From contig NZ_JAEVYN010000001.1 in assembly GCF_016807185.1 (NCBI RefSeq), positions 245,145 to 277,144 of the forward strand: a stretch of 32,000 bases of DNA, written 5' to 3'. Numbering within the stretch: the stretch's first letter is position 1; every line of letters starts with the position of its first letter. This document shows positions 1 to 9,138 of the stretch, one piece after another. The translations under genes and the position numbers were made by a program. The notes beneath the pieces are model-generated. The model did no database searches, was not told the origin of the DNA, and worked only from the letters and a program-made list of their open reading frames with translations. The stretch is from Leptolyngbya sp. Cla-17 (GTDB lineage Bacteria; Cyanobacteriota; Cyanobacteriia; Leptolyngbyales; Leptolyngbyaceae).

Positions 1-2
1 GC

Positions 3-36
3 AAAAAATAGTCTGAAATCCATTGGTTTCAGACTA
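3..36 (-). terminator. Rho-independent terminator downstream of dnaA
   Basis: Perfect 10-bp stem TAGTCTGAAA (9-18) / TTTCAGACTA (27-36) with an 8-nt loop. On the minus strand it is followed by TTTTTT (3-8). It lies 22 nt after the dnaA stop (59-61). Confidence 0.8.
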
Positions 37-58
37 CTGAATTAAAAATAGAAGTTTT

Positions 59-1492
59 TTAGGATTTATTGCGGGATTGACTTGCTTGATTGATGCGATC
101 GCTTAACTGACGAAGCGTCTGCGCCATTGATGTGTCATTTTCCTTCAGTTGGGCAATCTTGTCGCAGCTATACATCACGGTTGTATGGTCTTTGCCGCCA
201 AACACTTCCCCAATTTTGGGCAGGCTCAACCCGGTGTGGTGGCGCATGAGATACATGCCAATCTGTCGTGCTGTGCTCACTTCCCGCCGCCGAGAATGAC
301 CTTTCAACTCCTCAATCGGCACATTGAAGTTTTCTGCAATGATGGTCATTACTTCCGAGGGAGACGCTTCCACTTGTTCCACCGGCGGGTTCAGCACGGG
401 CGAAATATTGGCTACTGTCATGGGTAACCCAGAGATGGAAATATAAGCGACCGCCCGAATCAGCGCTCCTTCTAACTCTCGGATGTTGGAGGTGTAGCTG
501 GAGGCGATATATTCAATCACATCGCGCGGCAAACGCATGTTTTCATACTCAGCTTTCTTTTGCAAAATTGCCATTCTGGTTTCTAAGTCGGGCGATTGAA
601 TGTCGGCAATCAATCCCATGGAAAACCGAGAGCAAAGCCGTTCTTGTAGCCGGGGAATCTGATTGGGGGGACGATCGGATGCCAGCACAACCTGTTTTCC
701 TGCCTCATGCAAGGTATTAAACGTGTGAAAAAACTCTTCTTGGGTGTACTCTTTGCCTTCAATGAACTGGATATCATCGACTAGCAGCACATCTGCCGCA
801 CGATAGTGCTCCCGAAAGCTCTGCATACTGTCGCGTCTGATGGCAGTAATCAAGTCGTTGGTGAATTGCTCTGTGGACACATAAAAAACCCGCGAACTCC
901 GGCAAATTTCCAAACGGTAGTGCCCGATCGCCTGCATCAAATGGGTTTTGCCTAATCCAACGCCACCACACAAAAACAGCGGATTAAATTCTCGACCGGG
1001 CGATTCTGCTACTGCCAGCGATGCAGCATGAGCCATGCGGTTATTCGACCCAACGACCAAACGAGAGAAGATATATTTTGAATTGAGATCGCTAGAACGG
1101 GGGCGATCAGCTGGCTCAGGCAAAACGGTCACAGTAGGAATCTCCATCGGGCTAGTCAGATTGGCAGCGTTGGGTTCCATCGGCAATGCCCAGAAGAAAT
1201 CTGAATCCACTGGGTTGCCCTCATCATCACAGGCAACCGTCATTTGAATTTCGATCGGGCGCTCCAATATTTCTTGAACCACCTCTGTCAGTGTTTTGAG
1301 GTAATACTTCTGCAACCACTTTCGGGCAAAAGGATTCGGCGTTCGCAAAACGAGTCGTTCCTCGGTCAACTCTTCTACGATCGCCGTTTTAATCCATGCC
1401 TCAAACGTCGGGCGACTCAGCAAAAGCTGAAGGCGGTCTAGGGCTTCTGCCCAAAAATTTTCAATTGCCGTTGCTTCCACAACTGACCTCAT
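59..1492 (-). CDS. dnaA: Chromosomal replication initiator protein DnaA
   Basis: 477 aa with an ATG start. Walker [18 protein letters not shown], Walker B LLVDDIQF, and the C-terminal DNA-binding segment ([15 protein letters not shown]) typical of DnaA. Confidence 0.95.
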   Translation of the reverse strand: MRSVVEATAIENFWAEALDRLQLLLSRPTFEAWIKTAIVEELTEERLVLRTPNPFARKWLQKYYLKTLTEVVQEILERPIEIQMTVACDDEGNPVDSDFFWALPMEPNAANLTSPMEIPTVTVLPEPADRPRSSDLNSKYIFSRLVVGSNNRMAHAASLAVAESPGREFNPLFLCGGVGLGKTHLMQAIGHYRLEICRSSRVFYVSTEQFTNDLITAIRRDSMQSFREHYRAADVLLVDDIQFIEGKEYTQEEFFHTFNTLHEAGKQVVLASDRPPNQIPRLQERLCSRFSMGLIADIQSPDLETRMAILQKKAEYENMRLPRDVIEYIASSYTSNIRELEGALIRAVAYISISGLPMTVANISPVLNPPVEQVEASPSEVMTIIAENFNVPIEELKGHSRRREVSTARQIGMYLMRHHTGLSLPKIGEVFGGKDHTTVMYSCDKIAQLKENDTSMAQTLRQLSDRINQASQSRNKS

Positions 1493-1897
1493 GTTCTAGC
1501 GGACGGTAGGGAGAATAGAAAGCTGCATTTGAGGAGAACGGTCAATAGTTCCCTAAATCATTCCTGCTGACTCGCAAATTTGGGAGCCATGCGCTTTTGA
1601 AAGTCACCTCAACATAAGAAAAAACGCTATAGGCAGCGTTTAAACATTTTGAAGGCGCTACATCTAAAGTAGCAAACATAAAATTATGGCAAGGTGGAGG
1701 CGGATACCAAATGCCAGAAAATCCCTTTAACTGGACGACAGCTAAAGTAGTCTACAGCACCCACCCCATGAAAAGCAGGTAACTCCAAAGATATTTAAAG
1801 ATTGACAAACCAGGAATATTTGTGCCGAGGCGATCGCCAATTCAGCCTTTCTTCGCCCACTGCACTTCGTATTTTGTACGCTGCACCCCGATTCGCT

Positions 1898-2374
1898 CTA
1901 TCCTTCTTTGCCTGTAAAAGTCGGTGCCGCTTCAGCCTTCTCTACGGGCGCAGGTTTGGCTTCGGGAATGCTTGCTTCTAGTTTCAAACAGTTTTTTCCA
2001 TTTACCTGCAACCGATATTCCACCCGATCCATTAGCCGATTTAAAATCAACCAGCCATAGCCACTCTCCTGTTTTGCTTCTGGAGTAGGAGGAAGATAGG
2101 TAGACAAGTCAAACCCTTGTCCATGATCCCAAATCTCTAGAGCAATATCCCGATCTTGGAGTTCCAAACGAATTAAAACGGGCAAGTTGGGCTGATCTTT
2201 GTGAGCGTGGCGCACCACGTTGGAATAGGCTTCTACCAGCACTAAACGTAAACGGTTGGATTGTCTGGGCCAATCTACATGGTCGCCTAGCTCAACCTCT
2301 AAACTGCCTAGCAGCCAATTCTCGACGATGCTTAAAAACTGTAGATCGCTGGGGATGTGAAGTTCAGTTCTCAT
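1898..2374 (-). CDS. Anti-sigma regulatory factor / Ser-protein kinase (RsbW/SpoIIAB-like HATPase)
   Basis: 158 aa with an N-box-like EAYSNVVRHAH and a G-box-like WDHGQGFD. Its ATG lies 3 nt after the stop of the upstream PP2C gene, consistent with an operon. Confidence 0.75.
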   Translation of the reverse strand: MRTELHIPSDLQFLSIVENWLLGSLEVELGDHVDWPRQSNRLRLVLVEAYSNVVRHAHKDQPNLPVLIRLELQDRDIALEIWDHGQGFDLSTYLPPTPEAKQESGYGWLILNRLMDRVEYRLQVNGKNCLKLEASIPEAKPAPVEKAEAAPTFTGKEG

Positions 2375-2377
2375 TCG

Positions 2378-4084
2378 CTACAGAACCTCCAAAGAGAGAA
2401 TAGTTTGGTCGTCTTCTTGTATATCATTGTGCGATCGAATCCGGGCAAGCAAGTCTTTCAGATCCAAGGATGATTGATCTTGAATCAATAATTGCCATAA
2501 CCCGGTTTGTTGCAGCATGGCAGTGGCTTGATTGCTGCCATTAACTTGATTGGTACCATTAATCGGTTCCGCATTGTGGATGGTTGCTTCAGTAATGCCA
2601 TCACTGGTAAGCAAAAGAATCTCGCCGGGGTTAAGGTCAATGCTACCAGCAGCAGCTTTCCAATGCGGCAAGATGCCAAGGGGCACACCTCGCACTTTCA
2701 GATAATTCGGTTCGATTGTCACGGGTTGTCCTTGAGCGAGATGGGCTGAAACTGCTTCTCTAGACCAGACTAAGGGGTAAATGTGTCCGGCATTCGCATA
2801 GATCAGCTTGTGAGTGGATGGGGTGTAGCAGACTAACACCATGGTAATGAAACAGTTGGTGCTGACTAAATCTTCAGACAAGCTGCGATTTAAGTTTTGC
2901 ATCACAATATGAGGCTCTGGCGGCATTTCTTGAGAAAGTTCTCGCCGTAAGACAGAAATTGCGCTTGCCATGAACAGGGCAGCAGGAACGCCTTTTCCAG
3001 AAACATCTCCTACTGCTAACCAAACATCGCCTTGAGGATGGGCATAAACCTCAAAAAAGTCTCCGCCAACCTCCCGTGCCGGATAGCAACATGCTTGAAC
3101 TTTCATCCCCTTCAATTCGGGTAAAGTTTGCCGCAGCAGGTTGCCCTGAATTTGACGGGCAACTTCTAACTCTGCCCGCATTTGCTCGGCTTGCGTTTGC
3201 GTTTGCAGGTAAAGCTTCGCTTGAGAAATGGCAAGGGCAGCTTGTTCGGCAACTTCTTGAATAAGGGTAATGTCTTCGCTAGACCAAGGTGCAGCATCCA
3301 GTTCCCGATGCATGGCAAAGATAGCGAGGAAATCTTGCTGATAGGTGATGGGAACAACTAAGCGGTGCGGGCTACCTGTGATTTTATCGGTCTGAATTTG
3401 GCGTGTACTAAGGACATTTTGAATCAAGAGATCATCTGTGGACAAGGATTGTTGCGCGGGATTGCTGTTGTCTGCGTTGACGATCGCGGAGTGATAAAAA
3501 ACCTCGGTCGTCAGGCGATCGCCTTCTATAGGCTGTAAAATGCACTCACTCGCATTAAACGTTTGTACTAGAGTCGCTGCGATGGTTTGCAGCATACTGT
3601 CATAATTGAGCGATTCACGAATGGCTGTAGTTACAGCATTAAACAGCGACTCTCGACGCAGCGCCCGCCTGAGTTCGTTGGTGCGTTGTTTGACGATGCG
3701 GTAGGTTTCCCCTGCCTGCTGGATTACAACCTTAAGTTGGTCGGGCACCCACGGCTTGGTGATGTACTTAAACACCTTCCCGGCGTTAATGGCTTCCACT
3801 AAATCTTCAACATCCGTGTAGCCCGTTAACACAATCCGAATCGTATCGGGAAAGTGATCAACTGTTTTGCTGAGAAACTCAGTTCCTAGCATTTCTGGCA
3901 TTCGTTGGTCGGAGATGATGATTGCCATCTCGCCCTGTTCATCTAAAATCTTCAGCGCCTCGATCGCGCTTTCTGCCTTGACGACTTCAAAATCTCGCCG
4001 AAAAGTCCGGTACAACAGCGCCAGGTTATCTGGTTCGTCATCAACGACCATCAATTTCAGCTTGCCATCGATTTCCTCAGCCAT
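2378..4084 (-). CDS. Response-regulator receiver + GAF-like + PP2C (SpoIIE/RsbU-type) phosphatase
   Basis: REC domain (KLMVVDDEPDNL...ISDQRMPEMLGTEFL...KP), a central GAF-like region, and a C-terminal PP2C (GGDFFEV...VGDVSGKGVPAALFM...TSDGITEA). The ORF is open to 4114, but the ATG at 4084 (MAEEIDGK) fits the REC N-terminus better. Confidence 0.85.
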   Translation of the reverse strand: MAEEIDGKLKLMVVDDEPDNLALLYRTFRRDFEVVKAESAIEALKILDEQGEMAIIISDQRMPEMLGTEFLSKTVDHFPDTIRIVLTGYTDVEDLVEAINAGKVFKYITKPWVPDQLKVVIQQAGETYRIVKQRTNELRRALRRESLFNAVTTAIRESLNYDSMLQTIAATLVQTFNASECILQPIEGDRLTTEVFYHSAIVNADNSNPAQQSLSTDDLLIQNVLSTRQIQTDKITGSPHRLVVPITYQQDFLAIFAMHRELDAAPWSSEDITLIQEVAEQAALAISQAKLYLQTQTQAEQMRAELEVARQIQGNLLRQTLPELKGMKVQACCYPAREVGGDFFEVYAHPQGDVWLAVGDVSGKGVPAALFMASAISVLRRELSQEMPPEPHIVMQNLNRSLSEDLVSTNCFITMVLVCYTPSTHKLIYANAGHIYPLVWSREAVSAHLAQGQPVTIEPNYLKVRGVPLGILPHWKAAAGSIDLNPGEILLLTSDGITEATIHNAEPINGTNQVNGSNQATAMLQQTGLWQLLIQDQSSLDLKDLLARIRSHNDIQEDDQTILSLEVL

Positions 4085-4210
4085 GTGATACCCCAACCTT
4101 GTACACCATGGCAAATTGCAGTCTCATGCGCCATTATGCCCCTTGCTTGTCTAACTCAAAATACCCCAGATGACAATCAACCTAACAGGCAGGAATGATT
4201 TGGGGAGGAA

Positions 4211-4270
4211 AGGGAATAAGAGCAGGAAAAAGGGAATAAGAGCAGGAGAAAGGGAATAGGGATTGAGAAA
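4211..4270. repeat. Purine-rich 20-bp tandem repeat (about 2.5-3 copies)
   Basis: AGGGAATAAGAGCAGGAAAA (4211-30), AGGGAATAAGAGCAGGAGAA (4231-50) and a degenerate third copy AGGGAATAGGGATTGAGAAA (4251-70). It is intergenic, between the CpcT-like stop and the PP2C gene start. Confidence 0.85.
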
Positions 4271-4283
4271 AGATGCACAGACT

Positions 4284-4973
4284 TTATTGGCGACGGAAGT
4301 GGTAGGCTTCGGTTTTTGCGCCCCAAACTTGTTTGCCTTGAGCATCGAAGCCGCGATCCCAAGTATTCATGCTGGCAGGAGCGAGTTCGATGTGGTTAGT
4401 GATACGAACGGCTCCTCGTACTTTGGCGGGACAGCCATCGACCGGCGTGTTGCCCATGTAGCCCGTGCCGACCTGTTTGAGGAAGACGTTGCAAACAGGA
4501 GTGCCCAGATCGCTAAGGTTGACAGTTCGCTCTATGCTGTCTGATGTGCGATCGCACAATCCAGCCCAGCGAGTTGGGTCAGTGGGCTTAAAAGAGCGCG
4601 ATCGCACACTTTGGCTAAGGGAACTGGGCGAAATTTCCAAAAATCGCTGACGATATGGTTTGTCAAGCGACGTAGACATTGCCTGTTCTTGATATAAAAA
4701 AATGGACTGCGGTTCAGCCTGAGCGACTAACCCGATCCGGCAGGTTGTCATTTGTACGTTGGGCGCTTTAGGATTGGCGATCGCTTGGGCTGAGGTATCC
4801 ATTTTGCCTACTAGCAATGCAGCGACTTCTTCGGCTTGCTGTTCTAACGTGCTAGAAGTTTTAATAATCGGCTCTGCGATGGCAATGGTGGGATGGAGGA
4901 GATACGCGATCGCGATCGTCCCACTCACTGTCGTGGGGAGTTTGCTTATAAAATTTTGCAGAGAAAACGCCAT
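4284..4973 (-). CDS. CpcT/CpeT-family (DUF1001) bilin-lyase-like protein with a hydrophobic N-terminal leader
   Basis: 229 aa. The family-like motifs are LYQEQAMSTSLDKPYRQRF and the C-terminal GCPAKVRGA...MNTWDRGFDAQGKQVWGAKTEAYHF. The N-terminus LPTTVSGTIAIAYLLHPTIAIAEP looks like a signal peptide or anchor. Confidence 0.6.
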   Translation of the reverse strand: MAFSLQNFISKLPTTVSGTIAIAYLLHPTIAIAEPIIKTSSTLEQQAEEVAALLVGKMDTSAQAIANPKAPNVQMTTCRIGLVAQAEPQSIFLYQEQAMSTSLDKPYRQRFLEISPSSLSQSVRSRSFKPTDPTRWAGLCDRTSDSIERTVNLSDLGTPVCNVFLKQVGTGYMGNTPVDGCPAKVRGAVRITNHIELAPASMNTWDRGFDAQGKQVWGAKTEAYHFRRQ

Positions 4974-4993
4974 GGAGGAATCCTAGCGCATCT

Positions 4994-5893
4994 TTAGCGA
5001 GTTGCGATCGCGCCATCAGCCTTCAGCAAGATCGATTGCCAGGCGGCGTATCCTTTAGCGTTGAGGTGCAATCCATCGGTGGTCAGCTCTTGTCGCAAAT
5101 TGCCGTTGGTATCTGCCATCTGACTAGAGAGATCGAGAAAATAGGCTCCGCTGCGGGTGGAAAGTGCCCTGAGTTGGCGATTGAGTTGGGCGATGCGATC
5201 GCTGGATGCAATCACCGAGCGGGTTGGCAGCACTGACTGCACAATCAAATTCGCTTGAGGCTGGGTTCGCCGAAGTTGAGTAATAATCTGGCGCACATTC
5301 CACAAAATTTCGTTGTCGGTGGCTCCCTGTTTCAGGTCGTTGATGCCTGCCATGAGATAAACGACACGGGGACGAGTTGCCGCAAAATCAGACAAACGGC
5401 GGAGAATGCCGTGCGTGGTGTCGCCTGAAATAGATTGGTTCAGCCACGTTTGGGGTTGCGGCAAGCGATCGCTAGGAAACCACAGGCTCAAAGAGTCGCC
5501 CAATAATACACCAGTGCGTTGAGTTGCTTTGGCAGCGATCGCGGCTTCCCGTTTCATCAAAGTGCGCCACTGCTCGTAAGTCGGTTGTTGGGTGGCATTG
5601 CTCCAACTAGATTGAAAGCTGTTGGGTGGTAAGTGAGTGTAGAGATGCCCGGTGCTGACTGCGGCGACCCGCTGAGAATAAAGCTGGCTTCCCGACCTCG
5701 GCACGGCCACTGAAGAAAATTTTGTGGAGGAGATCGATTCTGGGCGACTGTGAGATCGCAACCTCAGCAAGATTTGATTCAACCGCTGCTTTTCAGCTTG
5801 CACTGCTTGATGATGGGTGCGAAGTTCGTCTTTTGGAACGCTGGTGTTGGTTTTATCAGGAATTTGGGAGGCAAGTACTAACGAATCAAGCAT
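4994..5893 (-). CDS. SGNH/GDSL-family hydrolase
   Basis: Block I GDSLSLW, block III MAGINDL, block V DGLHLNAKGY. The first ATG is at 5893; the ORF track begins at a TTG at 5899. Confidence 0.85.
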   Translation of the reverse strand: MLDSLVLASQIPDKTNTSVPKDELRTHHQAVQAEKQRLNQILLRLRSHSRPESISSTKFSSVAVPRSGSQLYSQRVAAVSTGHLYTHLPPNSFQSSWSNATQQPTYEQWRTLMKREAAIAAKATQRTGVLLGDSLSLWFPSDRLPQPQTWLNQSISGDTTHGILRRLSDFAATRPRVVYLMAGINDLKQGATDNEILWNVRQIITQLRRTQPQANLIVQSVLPTRSVIASSDRIAQLNRQLRALSTRSGAYFLDLSSQMADTNGNLRQELTTDGLHLNAKGYAAWQSILLKADGAIATR

Positions 5894-5954
5894 GATCAAA
5901 TGGCAGCAAACTCTGCTTACTATTCACAGCGATCGCTACTTCGTTTCAGGATAG

Positions 5955-6419
5955 TTATGACCAGACTTCAGTCTTATTCTCTCTACTACTTCCGCAGCGA
6001 TCGCCAGTTTTATGCGGCACTACTTCGGCGATCGTGCGGATCAAGTAATCAAGGTCAACGGGTTTAGAGAGCCACCTTTGAAAGCCTGCGGCTGCAGCCA
6101 GTAAATCGTCGTTTCCCTGGATGTAAGCTGAAACAGCAATGGCAGGCAGAAATTGATTAGACTTCGCTTCTAAGGCTCTAAGCTTGCGAATGAAGATATA
6201 GCCATCTTCATTGGGGAGAGCAATATCGCTGACCAAAACATCGGGCGTGAACTGGGTGAGGAGAGTGAAGGCTTCGCACGCCGAAGCAACTACTGCCACC
6301 ACCGCTCCGATACTTTCTAAGAGACAGGTAAACAGAAGTTGGGTGTCTGGATCATCGTCAACAATCAGAATCTTTAGCCCAGTGAGATCCAAAGACTGAT
6401 CCTGCACGTATCCTTCCAT
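5955..6419 (-). CDS. Single-domain response regulator (CheY-like receiver)
   Basis: ILIVDDDPDTQLL...LVSDIALPNEDGYIFIRKLR...SKP. The ATG at 6419 (MEGYVQ) is preferred over the upstream in-frame start at 6476. Confidence 0.85.
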   Translation of the reverse strand: MEGYVQDQSLDLTGLKILIVDDDPDTQLLFTCLLESIGAVVAVVASACEAFTLLTQFTPDVLVSDIALPNEDGYIFIRKLRALEAKSNQFLPAIAVSAYIQGNDDLLAAAAGFQRWLSKPVDLDYLIRTIAEVVPHKTGDRCGSSRENKTEVWS

Positions 6420-6645
6420 GATGAGTTCTCTAATCACAAAATCCCAAATGCGTATTTGAATTTTGAATCGAAGCAAACGAGTTTTGAAATCTGCAAGCTC
6501 ATCCCTGCGCTCTCCCTAGCAAACACAGGTTTGAATTAATTACGGCTCTAGAAGCAACTCAGTAAAGCTTTTCTTGTAAAGAAGAGTAACATTTCTCATA
6601 CAAAGAAGTCAGTACGATCTTAAACAAACGAGTTGACTTTTGGTT

Positions 6646-6689
6646 ATTCTCTCGAATGCTGAGGCTATAGCCTCAGCATTCGAGAGAAT
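6646..6689. repeat. 44-bp perfect palindrome centred on the stop codon of the Crp-family gene
   Basis: ATTCTCTCGAATGCTGAGGCTA | TAGCCTCAGCATTCGAGAGAAT. The two 22-nt arms are exact reverse complements. The right arm encodes the last residues (..SRMLRL*) and the left arm lies just downstream. Confidence 0.95.
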
Positions 6690-7378
6690 TCGTTTCTGAT
6701 CACGCCATAACACTCGCAGGAAAAGTCCTCCAGTCCATGTCGGCTCACAACCTCAATCTTGCCGCGCGTGTAGCGGATCAGTCCTAATTGAGCTAGGTTG
6801 CCTGCTGCCACCGTCACTCCTGCCCGACGCACACCCAGCATTTGACCAATAAATTCTTGAGTGAGCAAAAACTCCTCCTTGGAAACGGCATCAGCGACTA
6901 ATAGCAGCCACCGCGCCAAGCGTTTTTCGGTTGTGTGAAAGCGATTACAAGCCACCGATTGCGAGGTTTGCACTAATAGTGCTTGCACATAGCGCAACAA
7001 TATCTTTTGCAGGCTGCCTCCCTCGCCAAACTCTGCTTGCAACACCGTTGCCTCAAGTCGAAGTGCATCGCCTGCAACTTGAACCAAGGCGCGATGAGTT
7101 CCGGTTGTGCCGCTCAAAATCACTGAAATCCCCGCCATGCCCTTGTGTCCTATGATGCCGACTTCGATCGTTGAACCATTCAGCAAGGTGGAAACTAAAG
7201 AAATCATCGCGCCAATTGGAAAATAGACGTATTGAATGGCGTTATTTGCTTCGTAAATCACCTGATGAAGGGGCAATGAAACCCACTCTAAGTGAGGAAG
7301 GAGACGTTGGTAATCTTCAGGCGGCAGTGCTTTCAATAACCAATTTGCAGCCACACCATCAGATTGAGACACAGGCAT
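6665..7378 (-). CDS. Crp/Fnr-family transcriptional regulator
   Basis: N-terminal cNMP-binding-like beta-barrel and a C-terminal HTH (LTQEFIGQMLGVRRAGVTVAAGNLAQLGLIRYTRGKIEV). The ATG at 7378 is preferred; the ORF is open to 7417. Confidence 0.85.
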   Translation of the reverse strand: MPVSQSDGVAANWLLKALPPEDYQRLLPHLEWVSLPLHQVIYEANNAIQYVYFPIGAMISLVSTLLNGSTIEVGIIGHKGMAGISVILSGTTGTHRALVQVAGDALRLEATVLQAEFGEGGSLQKILLRYVQALLVQTSQSVACNRFHTTEKRLARWLLLVADAVSKEEFLLTQEFIGQMLGVRRAGVTVAAGNLAQLGLIRYTRGKIEVVSRHGLEDFSCECYGVIRNEFSRMLRL

Positions 7379-7812
7379 AGAAATTATTCCTAGTGAAATC
7401 GAGTTGAGAAAAAACAACTGACAACATAAGGAAGCGTATTAACGCTTTAGCCCTCATTGCCAAGAAGCAATTTTTCTAGTTCAAAGCAAAATGCTAAACC
7501 TGACTCATGACAGTAGCTAAAACTATAGATTTGTAGTAGACCACAATCGCATATTGAGCGTCTGTACGGTTCTCAACCTAGTTCCCTTTTTCCAAATCCA
7601 TTCCAAGGCAGGCTGCGGGTAGTGTTCTCGCAAGGACAGATCATTTCAACGCACAAAGACGATCGCAAAGTCCTAGTCTCTGCAATCGCGCTATTCAATC
7701 TGAAGCAACTGTCCTGGATTAACCCACTTAGACTCCAGCCCAAAGACAAAAGTTGAAAACGAGAGCGGTAAAATAACATCTGAACACTAATTTTTAACAA
7801 GCTGAGTTTGAG

Positions 7813-8013
7813 ATGGAGAACACTACGATTAACTGCGCTGTAGCCTGTATCAACGGCTGCGTGCTGGGTGACAAGTGCCCTAACCTGGAGTACAAATCGA
7901 AAGCGGTGAGTTTTGTGAATGAAACATCGCTGGATAAATTGCTGGAAATTGCCGAGTCAGCCCGCATGAAAAAAATGACGGAGCCGCCCAAATGGGTGCT
8001 GCCAGAAGACTAA
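7813..8013 (+). CDS. Small Cys-rich hypothetical protein (66 aa)
   Basis: ATG start. The Cys pattern C-x3-C-x3-C-x5-CP (CAVACINGCVLGDKCP) is reminiscent of a ferredoxin-type cluster motif with unusual spacing. Composition looks protein-like and no competing ORF is credible. Confidence 0.5.
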   Translation: MENTTINCAVACINGCVLGDKCPNLEYKSKAVSFVNETSLDKLLEIAESARMKKMTEPPKWVLPED

Positions 8014-8079
8014 TCACGGTAAGTGGCAGGGACTAAGGGGCAAGTGGGTGCAAAGCCCTCCTCCCAACGCCGCACTTTC

Positions 8080-9087
8080 CTAGAGATCGCCTTTTTCTTG
8101 TCCTGGCTCAATCACTTCTCGTACTCGATAAATCGGTCGTCCTTGCGATTCGTGATAGGTTCGCATTAGCAGTTCTGCCAATAGCCCAAAGCAAAACAAC
8201 TGTACTCCTGTCAAAATCAATACGACGACTAAAATCAGCAGGGGACGGTTAATGCTTTCCCCAAAGCTGAGCTTTAGGGTGGTGAGATACAAACCAATTA
8301 CCGTTCCTAAAAAGATCGATAACACGCCCATGGAACCGAACACATGCATCGGGCGCGTCAAAAACTTACGCATAAAGAAAACGGTTATCAAATCCATGAT
8401 GACGCGAATCGTGCGATCGAGTCCGTATTTGCTTTTGCCAAACTGCCGGGGATGATGGCGTACTGGAATTTCGGCAATCCGCGCACCTTCAATAAATGCC
8501 AGTGCGGGCAAAAAGCGGTGCAACTCACCATAGAGATTCATATCGGCGATCAGTTCTGAGCGATAGGCTTTGAGAGAGCAGCCATAATCGTGAACCTTGA
8601 CCCCGGTCACTTGGGCGATTAGCCAATTAGCAATTTGAGATGGAATTAACCGAGTGACCGTGGCATCCTGCCGATTTTTACGCCAACCGCTGACCAGGTC
8701 ATAGCCTTCGCTCAGTTTGCTAAGCAGGATGGGAATATCCGCCGGATCATTTTGCAAATCTCCATCCATCGTCACGATGATTTGCCCTTTGGCGTGGCTA
8801 AACCCTGCTGCCATTGCGGCGGTTTGCCCATAGTTACGCCGCAGAATCACACTGCGAAGATCGGTGCGATCGCTGGCAATTTGCTTCAGCCGATCAGCGG
8901 AACCATCGGTAGAGCCATCGTCAATACACAAGATTTCGTAGCTGATGTTGGCAGTGATCAGCGTGGCAGAAATCGCCTCTAATAAATGGGGCAGATTTTC
9001 GTATTCATTATGAATCGGGACGACGATAGAGACCTGAGGCTGGAGGGATGATGCCCACAATTTGCTGTTTTCAACAGTGAATGTCAT
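8080..9087 (-). CDS. Family-2 glycosyltransferase (polyprenyl-phosphate glycosyltransferase, ArnC/DPM1/GtrB-like)
   Basis: VSIVVPIHNEYENL, IDDGSTDGS, the DxD-like MDGDLQNDP, and two C-terminal TM helices. Confidence 0.9.
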   Translation of the reverse strand: MTFTVENSKLWASSLQPQVSIVVPIHNEYENLPHLLEAISATLITANISYEILCIDDGSTDGSADRLKQIASDRTDLRSVILRRNYGQTAAMAAGFSHAKGQIIVTMDGDLQNDPADIPILLSKLSEGYDLVSGWRKNRQDATVTRLIPSQIANWLIAQVTGVKVHDYGCSLKAYRSELIADMNLYGELHRFLPALAFIEGARIAEIPVRHHPRQFGKSKYGLDRTIRVIMDLITVFFMRKFLTRPMHVFGSMGVLSIFLGTVIGLYLTTLKLSFGESINRPLLILVVVLILTGVQLFCFGLLAELLMRTYHESQGRPIYRVREVIEPGQEKGDL

Positions 9088-9138
9088 GCGGAATTGAAAC
9101 GTTAGGGTGCATTGAGGGTGAGAAGACGCGATCTGATT

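Noticed and set aside
1493-1897. Possible oriC with DnaA boxes in the 405-bp region upstream of dnaA
   Set aside because: Reading both strands I found no TTATCCACA/TTTTCCACA-like 9-mers or clustered near-matches and no obvious AT-rich unwinding repeats. dnaN is also not adjacent. I cannot support an origin call from this sequence.
4211-4270. CRISPR-like repeat
   Set aside because: The 20-bp units are directly adjacent with no spacers, number only about 2.5-3 copies, and are purine-rich rather than partially palindromic. This is a simple tandem repeat.
7573-7991. Minus-strand ORFs 7573-7800 and 7794-7991
   Set aside because: The second is antisense to the more plausible Cys-rich plus-strand ORF. 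The first has no RBS, an odd composition and no recognisable features. Neither is supported.
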